Source: a virus
DNA: 64,000 nt
Virus record (IMG/VR): IMGVR_UViG_3300026292_000004
Location: 1 to 64,000 of that record
Strand: one strand, 5' to 3'
Both the position numbers and the translations under genes were made by a program. This document shows positions 9,605 to 18,289 of this stretch, one piece after another; positions within the stretch are counted from its first letter, which is position 1, and each line of letters opens with the position of its first letter. The notes beneath the pieces are model-generated. The model ran no database searches. It saw nothing but the letters and a program-made list of their open reading frames with translations, and was not told where the DNA came from.

Positions 9605-11260
9605 TCAGCGATACTCCCACATATAAGCACGATCTCCGTATTCATCAGTGTGCCAAACATCTCCATCCGCATCTACAAATGTTTCATCCGCACTCCCATC
9701 ATCTATAAATCCGAATGGTGCCATGTCCTGTTCTATATTTTCTTTCTGGTCATCATAAATTCTTTGACGGACATCATTGTCATTCATCTCTCTGAAATAT
9801 GGTTGTAATGCCAACCATGCAAATATCACCAAAGTCATTGCCAGGTCATCGTTGCAACCATCTTCTGCTTCAAATGACTTACCCTTTTGAATGAATGTAG
9901 TAAGTTCTGAAATTATGTCATAGTCTGCTATTAGGAGTTTATCTTCTTCTATCAATGCTTTTAGATTAGAACATCCTACCTGTTTAACAGTGGTGCTCAT
10001 CTTAACTCCCATCTGAGTTTTATTACCTGAGAATCCCTGACCAACAACTTGACCTGCTCTACCTCTCATGGATGCCATAAGAAGATTATCATATTCCAAA
10101 TCAAAATGTATGATGTCAGCAACCTGTCCACCCACATCATTAATCTCTACTAAAACAAATGCATGATTATAGTTAGCAGCAGTTTGTACTATGATGTTAG
10201 GAAATAATAGAGGTTTTATAGTATTGTTTCTATACTTGGCAACCAGTTTATATGGGAACGTAGTAGTATCTACAACTGTGAATGCAGAATAGTCATGAGA
10301 CACACCTCTGGCCACATCAACTGCTATGACATACTGATGATCTTTAATTGCTTCTTCATATATGTCTAGTCCCGCATTAGATGTTATTGCTTCATCGTAT
10401 GCTAATACTTTTAATTTAGATGGAGCTATAAGAGTATCAACAGATCCTAAGAATTCACATTCAAACTCAACTTTGAACTGTTGTTCTGATGTGTTCCTAA
10501 TTGTCTGCTCTCTCCATGCAGCATCTCTACCAGGTATCTCCGACCAATGCACTTCAGTATTTACATACTCATTTTTACCACGTTCTGAATCGTGCCACAA
10601 CTTGTAGAACATATTCATACCATGTGGTGTGGATATGATTATAACTTTAGTTTTCTTACCAGATGAAATGGTAGGATATACAGAGGAGAAGAACTCATCT
10701 GCGATATGAGTTGGAACGAACGCGAACTCATCTAGGAATATAACGTTAAATGACATACCACGAACAGCACTACTAGATGTAGATGCTGCCATGATCTTAG
10801 AACCATTCTCTAATTCTAGACTACCTCGGTTCCAGTTTACGACCCCTTGCTGGAGCCATTTCGGTAAGTGTTCGTACGATTTTTGTAACCTCCCCAACAT
10901 TTCCCGCGACGTTGCCGCTTTGTTGGCGAGGATCGCGACGTTAACCTCTTCATTAAATAATACGTACCATAGAAGGTAACTCGTAACAATAGTGGACTTC
11001 CCAGATTGCCTGGGTAGTTTTGCAATGTTGAATCTGTGCTCATGAAATTTATTCACCATCTCCTCTTGAAAAGGATACATGTTAAAAGGTACAAGACCCT
11101 CATCAAGAGAAACAATTTGAACATACTCACGAATGAAGTATGCAGGGTTGCCAGCACATTTTAAAAATTCAGCAACCTGTTCTTTGGTAAAATTCTGAGC
11201 GACATTAGATCGCTTCAGATTGGGATTACCTAAGTAAATATCATTTGGGGCGGTTGCCAT
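9605..11260 (-). CDS. gp17: Terminase large subunit
   Basis: YLGNPNLK, Walker A PRQSGKST, Walker B IFLDEFAF, IIISTPHG, nuclease-domain VDVARG and NDDLAM. Confidence 0.99.
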   Translation of the reverse strand: MATAPNDIYLGNPNLKRSNVAQNFTKEQVAEFLKCAGNPAYFIREYVQIVSLDEGLVPFNMYPFQEEMVNKFHEHRFNIAKLPRQSGKSTIVTSYLLWYVLFNEEVNVAILANKAATSREMLGRLQKSYEHLPKWLQQGVVNWNRGSLELENGSKIMAASTSSSAVRGMSFNVIFLDEFAFVPTHIADEFFSSVYPTISSGKKTKVIIISTPHGMNMFYKLWHDSERGKNEYVNTEVHWSEIPGRDAAWREQTIRNTSEQQFKVEFECEFLGSVDTLIAPSKLKVLAYDEAITSNAGLDIYEEAIKDHQYVIAVDVARGVSHDYSAFTVVDTTTFPYKLVAKYRNNTIKPLLFPNIIVQTAANYNHAFVLVEINDVGGQVADIIHFDLEYDNLLMASMRGRAGQVVGQGFSGNKTQMGVKMSTTVKQVGCSNLKALIEEDKLLIADYDIISELTTFIQKGKSFEAEDGCNDDLAMTLVIFAWLALQPYFREMNDNDVRQRIYDDQKENIEQDMAPFGFIDDGSADETFVDADGDVWHTDEYGDRAYMWEYR

Positions 11261-11859
11261 TAGCTTAAAGGATAAGGTCTTTCGTTTGGTAGTTCTTGTT
11301 CAGCATGTGCAAGCATATCTTCTTCTTGCCCAGGAGTGAACTGAAATACTGCACTGAATCTTGCTACACCACCGTGCTGACGGTTAGGAGCTTTACCTCC
11401 ATGTGGTATTGATCCAGGAAAAATTACTACTCTACCAGGTTTGGGTACTACACAATCAGTAACCTCACCATCTCTAACAAATACTGTTTCTCCACCCCAA
11501 GATTCGCACCACTCGGTAAGTGGATATACCATGAAACTTAATGAGTCTTCAGACTCACCGTCATGGTGTAGATTAGGAGAATCTCCAAATCTGAAACAAT
11601 TATATACTACTCTATGAAAAGGAGGGACTGGTATACCAGATCTCTCTTGAAATGCTTGTGCACAAAATACATCAAACTCTCCAAAGTTAGGTTGGTCTAT
11701 AACCTTACCTAAAGAATATGTATTTAAACTTTGTGATGGATCGTCAAAAATCAATTGCCATCCATCAAAGTGAATGAAGTATTCCTCCATCTGTTCCACT
11801 TCACGCTTGGTGAACAGGTCATCTATAATCATGACCTGCTCTCGCTTCATAATTTGCAT
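11260..11859 (-). CDS. 2OG-Fe(II) oxygenase (prolyl-4-hydroxylase-like)
   Basis: HxD (LHHDG), WGGETVF, PKPGRVVIFPGSIPHGG and a distal R-x-S. TAATG overlap with the gp17 start. Confidence 0.9.
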   Translation of the reverse strand: MQIMKREQVMIIDDLFTKREVEQMEEYFIHFDGWQLIFDDPSQSLNTYSLGKVIDQPNFGEFDVFCAQAFQERSGIPVPPFHRVVYNCFRFGDSPNLHHDGESEDSLSFMVYPLTEWCESWGGETVFVRDGEVTDCVVPKPGRVVIFPGSIPHGGKAPNRQHGGVARFSAVFQFTPGQEEDMLAHAEQELPNERPYPLS

Positions 11860-11864
11860 TGGAA

Positions 11865-12056
11865 TTACTTCTTAAGTTTCTTACAACCAAACTTAAGTAT
11901 AGCACCTGCTGCTACTACACCTACTACTATTCCTATACCAACTCCCCAACCGATACCTTGTGGTTCTGGTTCAATAAGTTCCTGTAAGGCAGGTACTTCC
12001 TGAATCATCTGTTGTGCTTCTTTTGGTAAGGGAAGATCTTTAAATGCGCTTTCCAT
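11865..12056 (-). CDS. Small membrane-anchored hypothetical protein
   Basis: Single C-terminal hydrophobic helix followed by a lysine-rich tail; tightly packed with its neighbours. Confidence 0.7.
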   Translation of the reverse strand: MESAFKDLPLPKEAQQMIQEVPALQELIEPEPQGIGWGVGIGIVVGVVAAGAILKFGCKKLKK

Positions 12057-12058
12057 TG

Positions 12059-12523
12059 TTAGGACTCAATTAGTGTACCGTGAGCACGACGTATCTCACG
12101 TAATGATTCAAAGTCTTTCTGCTTGGTTCCACCATCGTAGGCCCATGCATAACCTTCATCAATCATTTTTTCGTTAAGGGACAATTGTTCATCCCCAATA
12201 TATAGCCACCCAAGAAGCCTGCCATACTTCCCAACGCCGCCGTGAAGCTCAGTACGAACAATGAGCTCATCATCGCCAGCCAAAACATCTTCCAGTTTTT
12301 CTTTGAGCCAGTTTGTTGCATGAATCCCCAGTTCCTTTTCTTCTAGGTCTCGCGTACGTTTCTCTGGTGTATCTACTCCAGCTACTCTGACACGTTCTTT
12401 TTTAAATAAGTCAAATCCAAGATCAATGGTGACATCTATAGTGTCTCCGTCAAGGACTTTATCAACTGTTACTACTCGGAAGTTGTAACAACTCTTCCGA
12501 CTTGGCGGAACCATCGCTCCCAT
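12059..12523 (-). CDS. Thermonuclease (staphylococcal nuclease-like)
   Basis: VLDGDTIDV, RVRVAGVDTPE, GKYGRLLG, LNEKMIDEGYA. Confidence 0.9.
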   Translation of the reverse strand: MGAMVPPSRKSCYNFRVVTVDKVLDGDTIDVTIDLGFDLFKKERVRVAGVDTPEKRTRDLEEKELGIHATNWLKEKLEDVLAGDDELIVRTELHGGVGKYGRLLGWLYIGDEQLSLNEKMIDEGYAWAYDGGTKQKDFESLREIRRAHGTLIES

Positions 12524-12698
12524 ATTCTAACTCCATTAGTGATCTATTTATCATATCTTCAATTGGCTCTCTTTCCTTCTCCTGCTTCCACTGCTTGAGT
12601 TTATTTACTATACTTTCAAGCTGATAAAATTCTCTGGCAGACTCACTCGGTATGGGAGTCGTTGCTATCAGAGATGTCATTAGGAGTGTGGGTATCAT
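12462..12698 (-). CDS. Hypothetical protein, possibly with an N-terminal signal
   Basis: ORF fills the gap in the operon and overlaps both neighbours. Confidence 0.55.
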   Translation of the reverse strand: MIPTLLMTSLIATTPIPSESAREFYQLESIVNKLKQWKQEKEREPIEDMINRSLMELEYGSDGSAKSEELLQLPSSNS

Positions 12699-12783
12699 AA
12701 GTAAAGATCCAATATATTAGATACCCTACTCCACCGAGTAACGTACCTAGCATAATATTTATAGACCAAATAACATCATTCAT
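12643..12783 (-). CDS. Small single-pass membrane protein ([13 protein letters not shown]...)
   Basis: ATG at 12783 overlaps the petF stop (TAATG); one hydrophobic helix. Confidence 0.6.
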   Translation of the reverse strand: MNDVIWSINIMLGTLLGGVGYLIYWIFTYDTHTPNDISDSNDSHTE

Positions 12784-13073
12784 TAATAGAGATTCTCCTC
12801 TTGTTCTGTTAATAGTGTTAGATCTGATGTTGGTAAAGCAACACATGTTAGGACATAACCTTCTTCAAGTTGGTCATCATCCAGAAAGGATTGCTCCTCT
12901 TGGTCTACTGTACCTGACTCAATTTTCATAGCACATGATGAACATGCACCTGCACGACATGATGAAGGATGATCTAGACCTGCTTCTTCTAAACCCTCTA
13001 GTATACTAGTTTCTTCACCACATTCAAATGATTCTGTGGTTCCGTCAGGTGCTTTAAGAGTTATAGTAGCCAT
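12783..13073 (-). CDS. petF: Plant-type [2Fe-2S] ferredoxin (auxiliary metabolic gene)
   Basis: CRAGACSSC...LTCVA cluster motif, [14 protein letters not shown]-terminus. Confidence 0.97.
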   Translation of the reverse strand: MATITLKAPDGTTESFECGEETSILEGLEEAGLDHPSSCRAGACSSCAMKIESGTVDQEEQSFLDDDQLEEGYVLTCVALPTSDLTLLTEQEENLY

Positions 13074-13093
13074 AATTATTTTACAAGGCCATG

Positions 13094-13101
13094 TATTTAT
13101 T
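13094..13101 (-). promoter_or_regulatory. Late-promoter-like AATAAATA upstream of petF
   Basis: One mismatch to TATAAATA, 20 nt before the petF ATG. Confidence 0.55.
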
Positions 13102-13102
13102 A

Positions 13103-13366
13103 CTACAGCGGAGGGTACTCAGATTCAATGTCAACTTCCACATCAATATGAGGATCAAATTGTTTTGCTAACCTCTCTACTTGTTTTCTATCAAGACCTG
13201 CAAGTGCTCTAGAATTATCTAAACACTTGTAAATACATTCTCTATCAGAAATGGGTGGCTTCTTTGGCCACCCTTGATGATCTACTTCACCTCCAGCACT
13301 TGCTTCTAAATGAGAAAGGTCTTGTTTCTCAGAGGGGTTAGTATAATTATGTGTTTCAGGAGACAT
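13103..13366 (-). CDS. Hypothetical protein
   Basis: ORF overlaps the petE end and fills the operon gap. Confidence 0.65.
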   Translation of the reverse strand: MSPETHNYTNPSEKQDLSHLEASAGGEVDHQGWPKKPPISDRECIYKCLDNSRALAGLDRKQVERLAKQFDPHIDVEVDIESEYPPL

Positions 13367-13736
13367 GTACTACGCCTTTCATACCAGCACCAGCATGAGG
13401 TTCACATTGAAACTCATAATCTCCTGCTTTGTCAAAAGTAACTGGAATCTGTTCACCACTCATAAATGCTAAATCAGGATGTGATATCTCTGGATTGTCT
13501 AGGAATACTATATTATGAGGTGGTAGATCTCCATTAAGAAAGGTGACCGTATCTCCTACTGAGACCGTCACCTCGTTTGGTTCAAAGACTAAGTTACCTC
13601 CTGCACCCATTTGTATAGTTTCAGCAGCATATGCTTGTGCTGCTAGTGTCATGGATAGGAATAATGCAGATACCATTAAGGTTAATCTGCTCATCCACCA
13701 CATGATTTCATGTTTGTGTTTAGTAATAGTAGTCAT
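13356..13736 (-). CDS. petE: Plastocyanin precursor (auxiliary metabolic gene)
   Basis: Signal peptide ending A-Y-A, LVFEP, PHNIVF, CEPHAGAGM; type-1 Cu ligands H/C/H/M. Confidence 0.97.
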   Translation of the reverse strand: MTTITKHKHEIMWWMSRLTLMVSALFLSMTLAAQAYAAETIQMGAGGNLVFEPNEVTVSVGDTVTFLNGDLPPHNIVFLDNPEISHPDLAFMSGEQIPVTFDKAGDYEFQCEPHAGAGMKGVVHVS

Positions 13737-13897
13737 GATCTTGTAGCATAGTCAATAAAATGAGGATGCTCCCTTAAATATGGGACATCCTCTTTGCTGT
13801 GTTCTATTGCTTCATATGCGTCAGTCGCATACTCACAAATTTCTAAATGATGCTGTTCCGTATCGTGGTAACCTACGGTGTAATGAGTCAGGGGCAT
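13733..13897 (-). CDS. Small hypothetical protein (MPLTHYTVGYHD...ICEYATDAYEAI)
   Basis: ATGA overlap with petE. GATAAATA at 13923-13930 supports the 13897 start. Confidence 0.7.
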   Translation of the reverse strand: MPLTHYTVGYHDTEQHHLEICEYATDAYEAIEHSKEDVPYLREHPHFIDYATRS

Positions 13898-13965
13898 GAT
13901 TGTTTCAATCCCATACTGCATATATTTATCCGACCAATGAGTAGAAATTACTAAGATGTCCTGAC

Positions 13966-14292
13966 TCAAAGACCTGGTACAAATCTCTGATATTTTTGTA
14001 CGTGAGGGATAACATCTCTCTCAACTCTATCAACTATATCATCTATTATATCAACGTCAATATCCATGAAAGGTGGAATGATACCAAGGATTCTCAGGAG
14101 TCCATCTACAAACAATGCTAATACAGTGAACCCTAATATCATGCTAATGATAGTAGCATCACGGTTGTGCTTTGCCATAGAGATGCGATCAATTTCTTGT
14201 GCTTCTTCAACAGCAGCACGAATCATCTGGTCAACTTCTGTCTTGGTATAGAAATCCCCTAGAATGGGTATGTCGTGTCTATCTGGTGTCAT
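13966..14292 (-). CDS. Hypothetical membrane protein
   Basis: KHNRDATIISMILGF..LALFVDGLLRILGIIPPFM hydrophobic segment; first gene after the sigma70 promoter. Confidence 0.75.
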   Translation of the reverse strand: MTPDRHDIPILGDFYTKTEVDQMIRAAVEEAQEIDRISMAKHNRDATIISMILGFTVLALFVDGLLRILGIIPPFMDIDVDIIDDIVDRVERDVIPHVQKYQRFVPGL

Positions 14293-14311
14293 GTTATATC
14301 TATCCGTTCAC

Positions 14312-14340
14312 AGTATACCACAAGGTATAGATGTTGTCAA
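14312..14340 (-). promoter_or_regulatory. Host sigma70-type promoter (TTGACA-17 bp-TATACT, with extended -10 TG)
   Basis: Minus strand reads TTGACA acatctataccttgtgg TATACT; -35 at 14340-14335 and -10 at 14317-14312. Confidence 0.85.
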
Positions 14341-14606
14341 TTCATCTCATGAAGGTGCTTTCCTGATGATGCACGTTTTCCATCGTGCTGATCTTTTTCC
14401 CGTTCAAGATCCTGGATCTTTTGCAGCATCTGCTGTTTCTTTTCAATGTTCTCCAGTTTCTTTTGTAATTCTTTTACTTCGTCGTTAATAGACATGGGTT
14501 CGTTTTTGGTAGAGATCCCCCAACTGAGACCAGCAATCCCTGCCACGATTATAATCAATCGTGCGAATCCAGTGATTGCTAACACCAACATCAATTTTCT
14601 GTTCAT
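14337..14606 (-). CDS. Hypothetical protein with N-terminal membrane anchor and coiled coil
   Basis: Hydrophobic N-terminus followed by heptad-like EVKELQKKLENIEKKQQML. Confidence 0.6.
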   Translation of the reverse strand: MNRKLMLVLAITGFARLIIIVAGIAGLSWGISTKNEPMSINDEVKELQKKLENIEKKQQMLQKIQDLEREKDQHDGKRASSGKHLHEMN

Positions 14607-14622
14607 TATATAGGTGAGTTAT

Positions 14623-15366
14623 CTACTTGTTGTAATGATAACTTGGTTTGTTGGTCTTCTTCGGTAACTTGCCACTACGCACCTTCGTTCCAGATGTTTC
14701 TCCAGAAGATGATGGGTGTTTTCCTGCTTTGGACTTTCCTAATGATATGGACTTACCAGGCTTTTTAGATTCTGTATCGTGCAGTTTTGCTGGTTTGTTC
14801 TTATCTTTTGTAATAACTGATTCTTGGCCATGCTTCCGTCCTAGTCGTCGCATGACTTTACCAAAGCGACGCTTGGACATCTTATCGGGTTTGGAGGTTT
14901 GGTATGATACTTCACGACCTTTTTTACCATCGCCGTACTTGTATTCACCTACACCTTTCTTGTGACCAATGCCTTTCTTTTTGAGATCTTTCTCTAGAGC
15001 GCGGCGTTTCTCACGGTTCTTTTTTTCAGAGTCCCCTCTATCAGCAGAAATATTTCCTGTTACTGAGGTCTTTGATTTATGAAGCATACGAGAGGTTGGG
15101 TTGCCCTCCATAAACTGAGCAAAGGTCTTACCTTCTTTGTTGAGCTTTCGCTTCTCAATTTTCTTTTTCTGCCAAGAGTCAAGTGCGTCTACTGGACGAC
15201 CTCCCTTAGCTAGAACTGATGCTTTATGCTTCTTAAATGCATCAGCGGATTTAGCAGCCTTTGCTTTCTTAGCATCAGAAGATGCTTTTTGTTTTGCAAC
15301 GTTTGCTTTTGATTGACGGTCAATACGTTCAGCAGGAGTTTCCTCCTTAAGATGATCAGTACTCAT
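14623..15366 (-). CDS. Very basic protein, candidate capsid internal protein
   Basis: Lys/Arg-rich; contains KTFAQFMEG, similar to the T4 capsid-targeting sequence. Confidence 0.7.
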   Translation of the reverse strand: MSTDHLKEETPAERIDRQSKANVAKQKASSDAKKAKAAKSADAFKKHKASVLAKGGRPVDALDSWQKKKIEKRKLNKEGKTFAQFMEGNPTSRMLHKSKTSVTGNISADRGDSEKKNREKRRALEKDLKKKGIGHKKGVGEYKYGDGKKGREVSYQTSKPDKMSKRRFGKVMRRLGRKHGQESVITKDKNKPAKLHDTESKKPGKSISLGKSKAGKHPSSSGETSGTKVRSGKLPKKTNKPSYHYNK

Positions 15367-15367
15367 G

Positions 15368-15907
15368 TTAACCTCCTACTACTTGGACTTCTTCAACTAC
15401 AATAGCATTACCTGTTACTACGATCTTAACGCAACGTTTTACTTTTGCTTGACCGCCAGATGCATATGTGTAGTCACCTGATGCTGCTTGTGAATCAATA
15501 TCAGTTGTTATAGTTGCACCAGTAGTAGCAGTAATTTTCTTACCAACTGTACCAGCACTTAAAAAACCAGCATGTATTGCAGGAGCAGTACCATCATCTA
15601 TCACAGCGATGAAGTCATCAACTGAGAATGGATGCGTATCTCGCGACATGTTTTCTTGCAGGTTGTTACCTAATGTATAGACTGCTGTAGCAGCATCGGT
15701 TCCTTTAACTACTTTCGCAGTACCAGGTTTGCCACCTCTCACCAGTAGAGATTCATTATCTATTAAAGTTATAGCAGGTCCGCCATTAAATGATACCGTA
15801 GCATCTCCAGCATTTGCTATGACTCTAAAATAGCCAGTTTGTACAACTTGATATTCAGTAGCACCTGCGGCCACTGCGTTTGTACTTAGAACATTTAGGA
15901 CTGTCAT
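15368..15907 (-). CDS. Probable virion structural protein
   Basis: Beta-rich, Gly/Ala/Thr-rich; CATAAATA at 15932-15939 upstream. Confidence 0.7.
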   Translation of the reverse strand: MTVLNVLSTNAVAAGATEYQVVQTGYFRVIANAGDATVSFNGGPAITLIDNESLLVRGGKPGTAKVVKGTDAATAVYTLGNNLQENMSRDTHPFSVDDFIAVIDDGTAPAIHAGFLSAGTVGKKITATTGATITTDIDSQAASGDYTYASGGQAKVKRCVKIVVTGNAIVVEEVQVVGG

Positions 15908-15920
15908 TGTCGTGTCGTGT

Positions 15921-16340
15921 TTAATCCTTATTATTTATGTTGTTTTGTTGCTTCAATAATTTTTGAAGTTCAGTAGTGCTACCTACAAACATTGCATTTG
16001 TAACATTAGTTGGACCTTTTCTTTCTTCCTTATCAAGTTCTTTCATCTTACCTTGAAGATCAATTAACTTGTCTGCTACATCCCCGACTGACTTAATGAG
16101 TTGACCTGCAACCTCATAAGCACGTGGATGATCGCTTGCTCGTGCCACATCAAGTATACCATCTACTGCCTCCTGCCCTTTCATAACTAAGTTATGTAGT
16201 TGAGCACGAGAAACTTCATAATCCTGTTGTATCTCAGGATTATCTGTTAGTTTAGTTATTTCCTTCTTTTTCTCAACATGCTTTTGTAACTCAGATGGTT
16301 CATTACCAAAGACTTCATTCAACCCATCAAAGGTGCTCAT
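15921..16340 (-). CDS. gp16: Terminase small subunit
   Basis: DYEVSRAQL, SDHPRAYEVAGQLIK, NAMFVGSTTELQKLL. Confidence 0.96.
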   Translation of the reverse strand: MSTFDGLNEVFGNEPSELQKHVEKKKEITKLTDNPEIQQDYEVSRAQLHNLVMKGQEAVDGILDVARASDHPRAYEVAGQLIKSVGDVADKLIDLQGKMKELDKEERKGPTNVTNAMFVGSTTELQKLLKQQNNINNKD

Positions 16341-16342
16341 AA

Positions 16343-17128
16343 TTAAATTGCCTCATCTTGACCGCTAGTAGGATTACGTTTCTTACCGTCACCAAAATCC
16401 TCCCATGTTTCACCGAATCCAAAATCGTCATCTGCATCAGCAGTAACAGGATCTGGTTGTACAGTGTAACGAACTTCTCTTGGTGCAGTACCAACCTTGG
16501 TGCTGGTATAAGAATCTGTAATAACCTTTTTGATTGTAGAAGATTCTGTAACAGGACCGTAGATGTAAGTCTTAGCAGTAAAACTTAAAGTGTAAATGAT
16601 TGCGCGACGAGTGGCAAAATTGCCCTCATACTCATCATCATAGTCAATATTATTAATAACGACAGGAACATCCTTTGTTTCGTTGAGTCCTGGAACCAAC
16701 TTGAGGGGTAGGTTATAACTTGGCTGGAAGTAAGGTAAAATTTGTTCCAGAATTTCAAGGCCGTCATCTTGCGTTTTAGAAATAATTGCTAACTCAAATC
16801 CTACACTATAAGGAACTGGCATATATGCCACCTTACTCTTATCTGAAGTACTTGTTACCGTTATCTTCTGAGTAGGACTAACCTTTCTTGCAGGGTCATA
16901 ATCAATACTAGTTATCTCAAATGAGATTCTAGGAAGAGTAATACCTACTCTTTTGTTTGTTGGATCAGGAGTCTGTTCCAAACGTGCTAAAAACTTTTGC
17001 TTTGGACCATAAGCAAGAGGTACTTTCATAACCTCACTGCCTTGTTTGATCTCTATATTATTAAACAGAGTACCAAATCCAACAACGGTCTTTCTAAAGA
17101 CTTCGTGATAGTGATATTTTCCTAGCAT
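16343..17128 (-). CDS. gp15: Tail sheath stabiliser/completion protein
   Basis: FGTLFNNI, VPLAYGPKQKFLARL, LPRISFE, ILEQILPYFQP. Confidence 0.97.
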   Translation of the reverse strand: MLGKYHYHEVFRKTVVGFGTLFNNIEIKQGSEVMKVPLAYGPKQKFLARLEQTPDPTNKRVGITLPRISFEITSIDYDPARKVSPTQKITVTSTSDKSKVAYMPVPYSVGFELAIISKTQDDGLEILEQILPYFQPSYNLPLKLVPGLNETKDVPVVINNIDYDDEYEGNFATRRAIIYTLSFTAKTYIYGPVTESSTIKKVITDSYTSTKVGTAPREVRYTVQPDPVTADADDDFGFGETWEDFGDGKKRNPTSGQDEAI

Positions 17129-18288
17129 TAGATTGTTAAGTCAGTAGTAGAACCGATGGATCCAAATGGATTACCTTCGGAGAAATCAATAATGTCATCG
17201 TCAGCTGTCTCAAATGAGTAGTTCTGATCAACTTCACTGTTAGTATTATCTATCGTATTAAAGGATTCAGGACTCCAGAGAGCACCAGATGTTTGACCTT
17301 TAATGTTTTCTCCAGTATTAAATGTACCTGTACGATTTATAACCTGAAGCGTTCTAGTACCAGCATCCCAAGATTTAACCTCTGCCTGTGTATCCTTCGG
17401 TGAATTACCAAAGGTAACCGTTGGTGCAGAAGTATATCCAGTACCAGCAGTATTTATGGTAACTCCAGTTACCAATCCACCAGCAGATATTACAGCAGTA
17501 CCAGCAGCACCAGATCCTCCACCACCACTGAATGTTACAGTAGGAGCAGAAGTATAATACTCACCACCATCAGTAATGGTAATACTGTCAACACCATCAC
17601 CAGATATAGTAGAAGTTCCAATGGCAGTATTAAGATCCCCAATAACAATTTCACCAACTGTAAAAGCACCAGTCCCACCAGTACCCATGACAAACGCCGT
17701 GGAGTTACTAAAGGCGTATTCAATAGCATCAATGTCAGCGATACCAGTATCAAGGTCTTCATTAGAGTACTCAAATATTTCGCATTGCATTTCCCAGACG
17801 TATCCTTTACCTAACTGGTAAAATGGTCTTTCTGCTTCTACGAATTTAATTTCAAATAAATGTTTTGTTGTCGGGAACCAAACTAAATCTCCTTCATTGG
17901 GTCTACCTTCAACATTTAATGTAACGTTGTTATCAACCTTCTCAGTAAACTTTTCACGGGAAACAATAAAGGTTGTCTTGTCTTCTATTCTAACACCAAA
18001 TTTAGTTAGGAGTTCTCCTTGTCCTTCCCAACCTTCAACATTATTAACATATGCTCTGATAGGATATGCATTACTAAAGGTACTAGTATCTACCTCATCT
18101 AAGATTTGATCTCTTCCAACGTAGGTTCTAGGTAAGTAATAAACATCTTGTCCATACAATTCAATAGACTCCACAACAAGATTCTCCATGAACTTACGTT
18201 CCTGTGCAGAACCGTTAATGTTCAATCTACAGGCAGAATTATAATCTGACTGTACACAATCCTTTGCTGGAGTATTGGAATATGACAT
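17128..18288 (-). CDS. gp14: Neck protein with inserted beta domains
   Basis: ESIELYGQDVYYLPR, RPNEGDLVWFP, PFYQLGKGYV, IIDFSEGNPFG. Confidence 0.96.
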   Translation of the reverse strand: MSYSNTPAKDCVQSDYNSACRLNINGSAQERKFMENLVVESIELYGQDVYYLPRTYVGRDQILDEVDTSTFSNAYPIRAYVNNVEGWEGQGELLTKFGVRIEDKTTFIVSREKFTEKVDNNVTLNVEGRPNEGDLVWFPTTKHLFEIKFVEAERPFYQLGKGYVWEMQCEIFEYSNEDLDTGIADIDAIEYAFSNSTAFVMGTGGTGAFTVGEIVIGDLNTAIGTSTISGDGVDSITITDGGEYYTSAPTVTFSGGGGSGAAGTAVISAGGLVTGVTINTAGTGYTSAPTVTFGNSPKDTQAEVKSWDAGTRTLQVINRTGTFNTGENIKGQTSGALWSPESFNTIDNTNSEVDQNYSFETADDDIIDFSEGNPFGSIGSTTDLTI

Positions 18289-18289
18289 A

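Noticed and set aside
7133-11260. Intein or intron in gp17, gp18 or gp20
   Set aside because: gp17 and gp20 are normal length. The gp18 insert has no intein splice residues or homing-endonuclease motifs.
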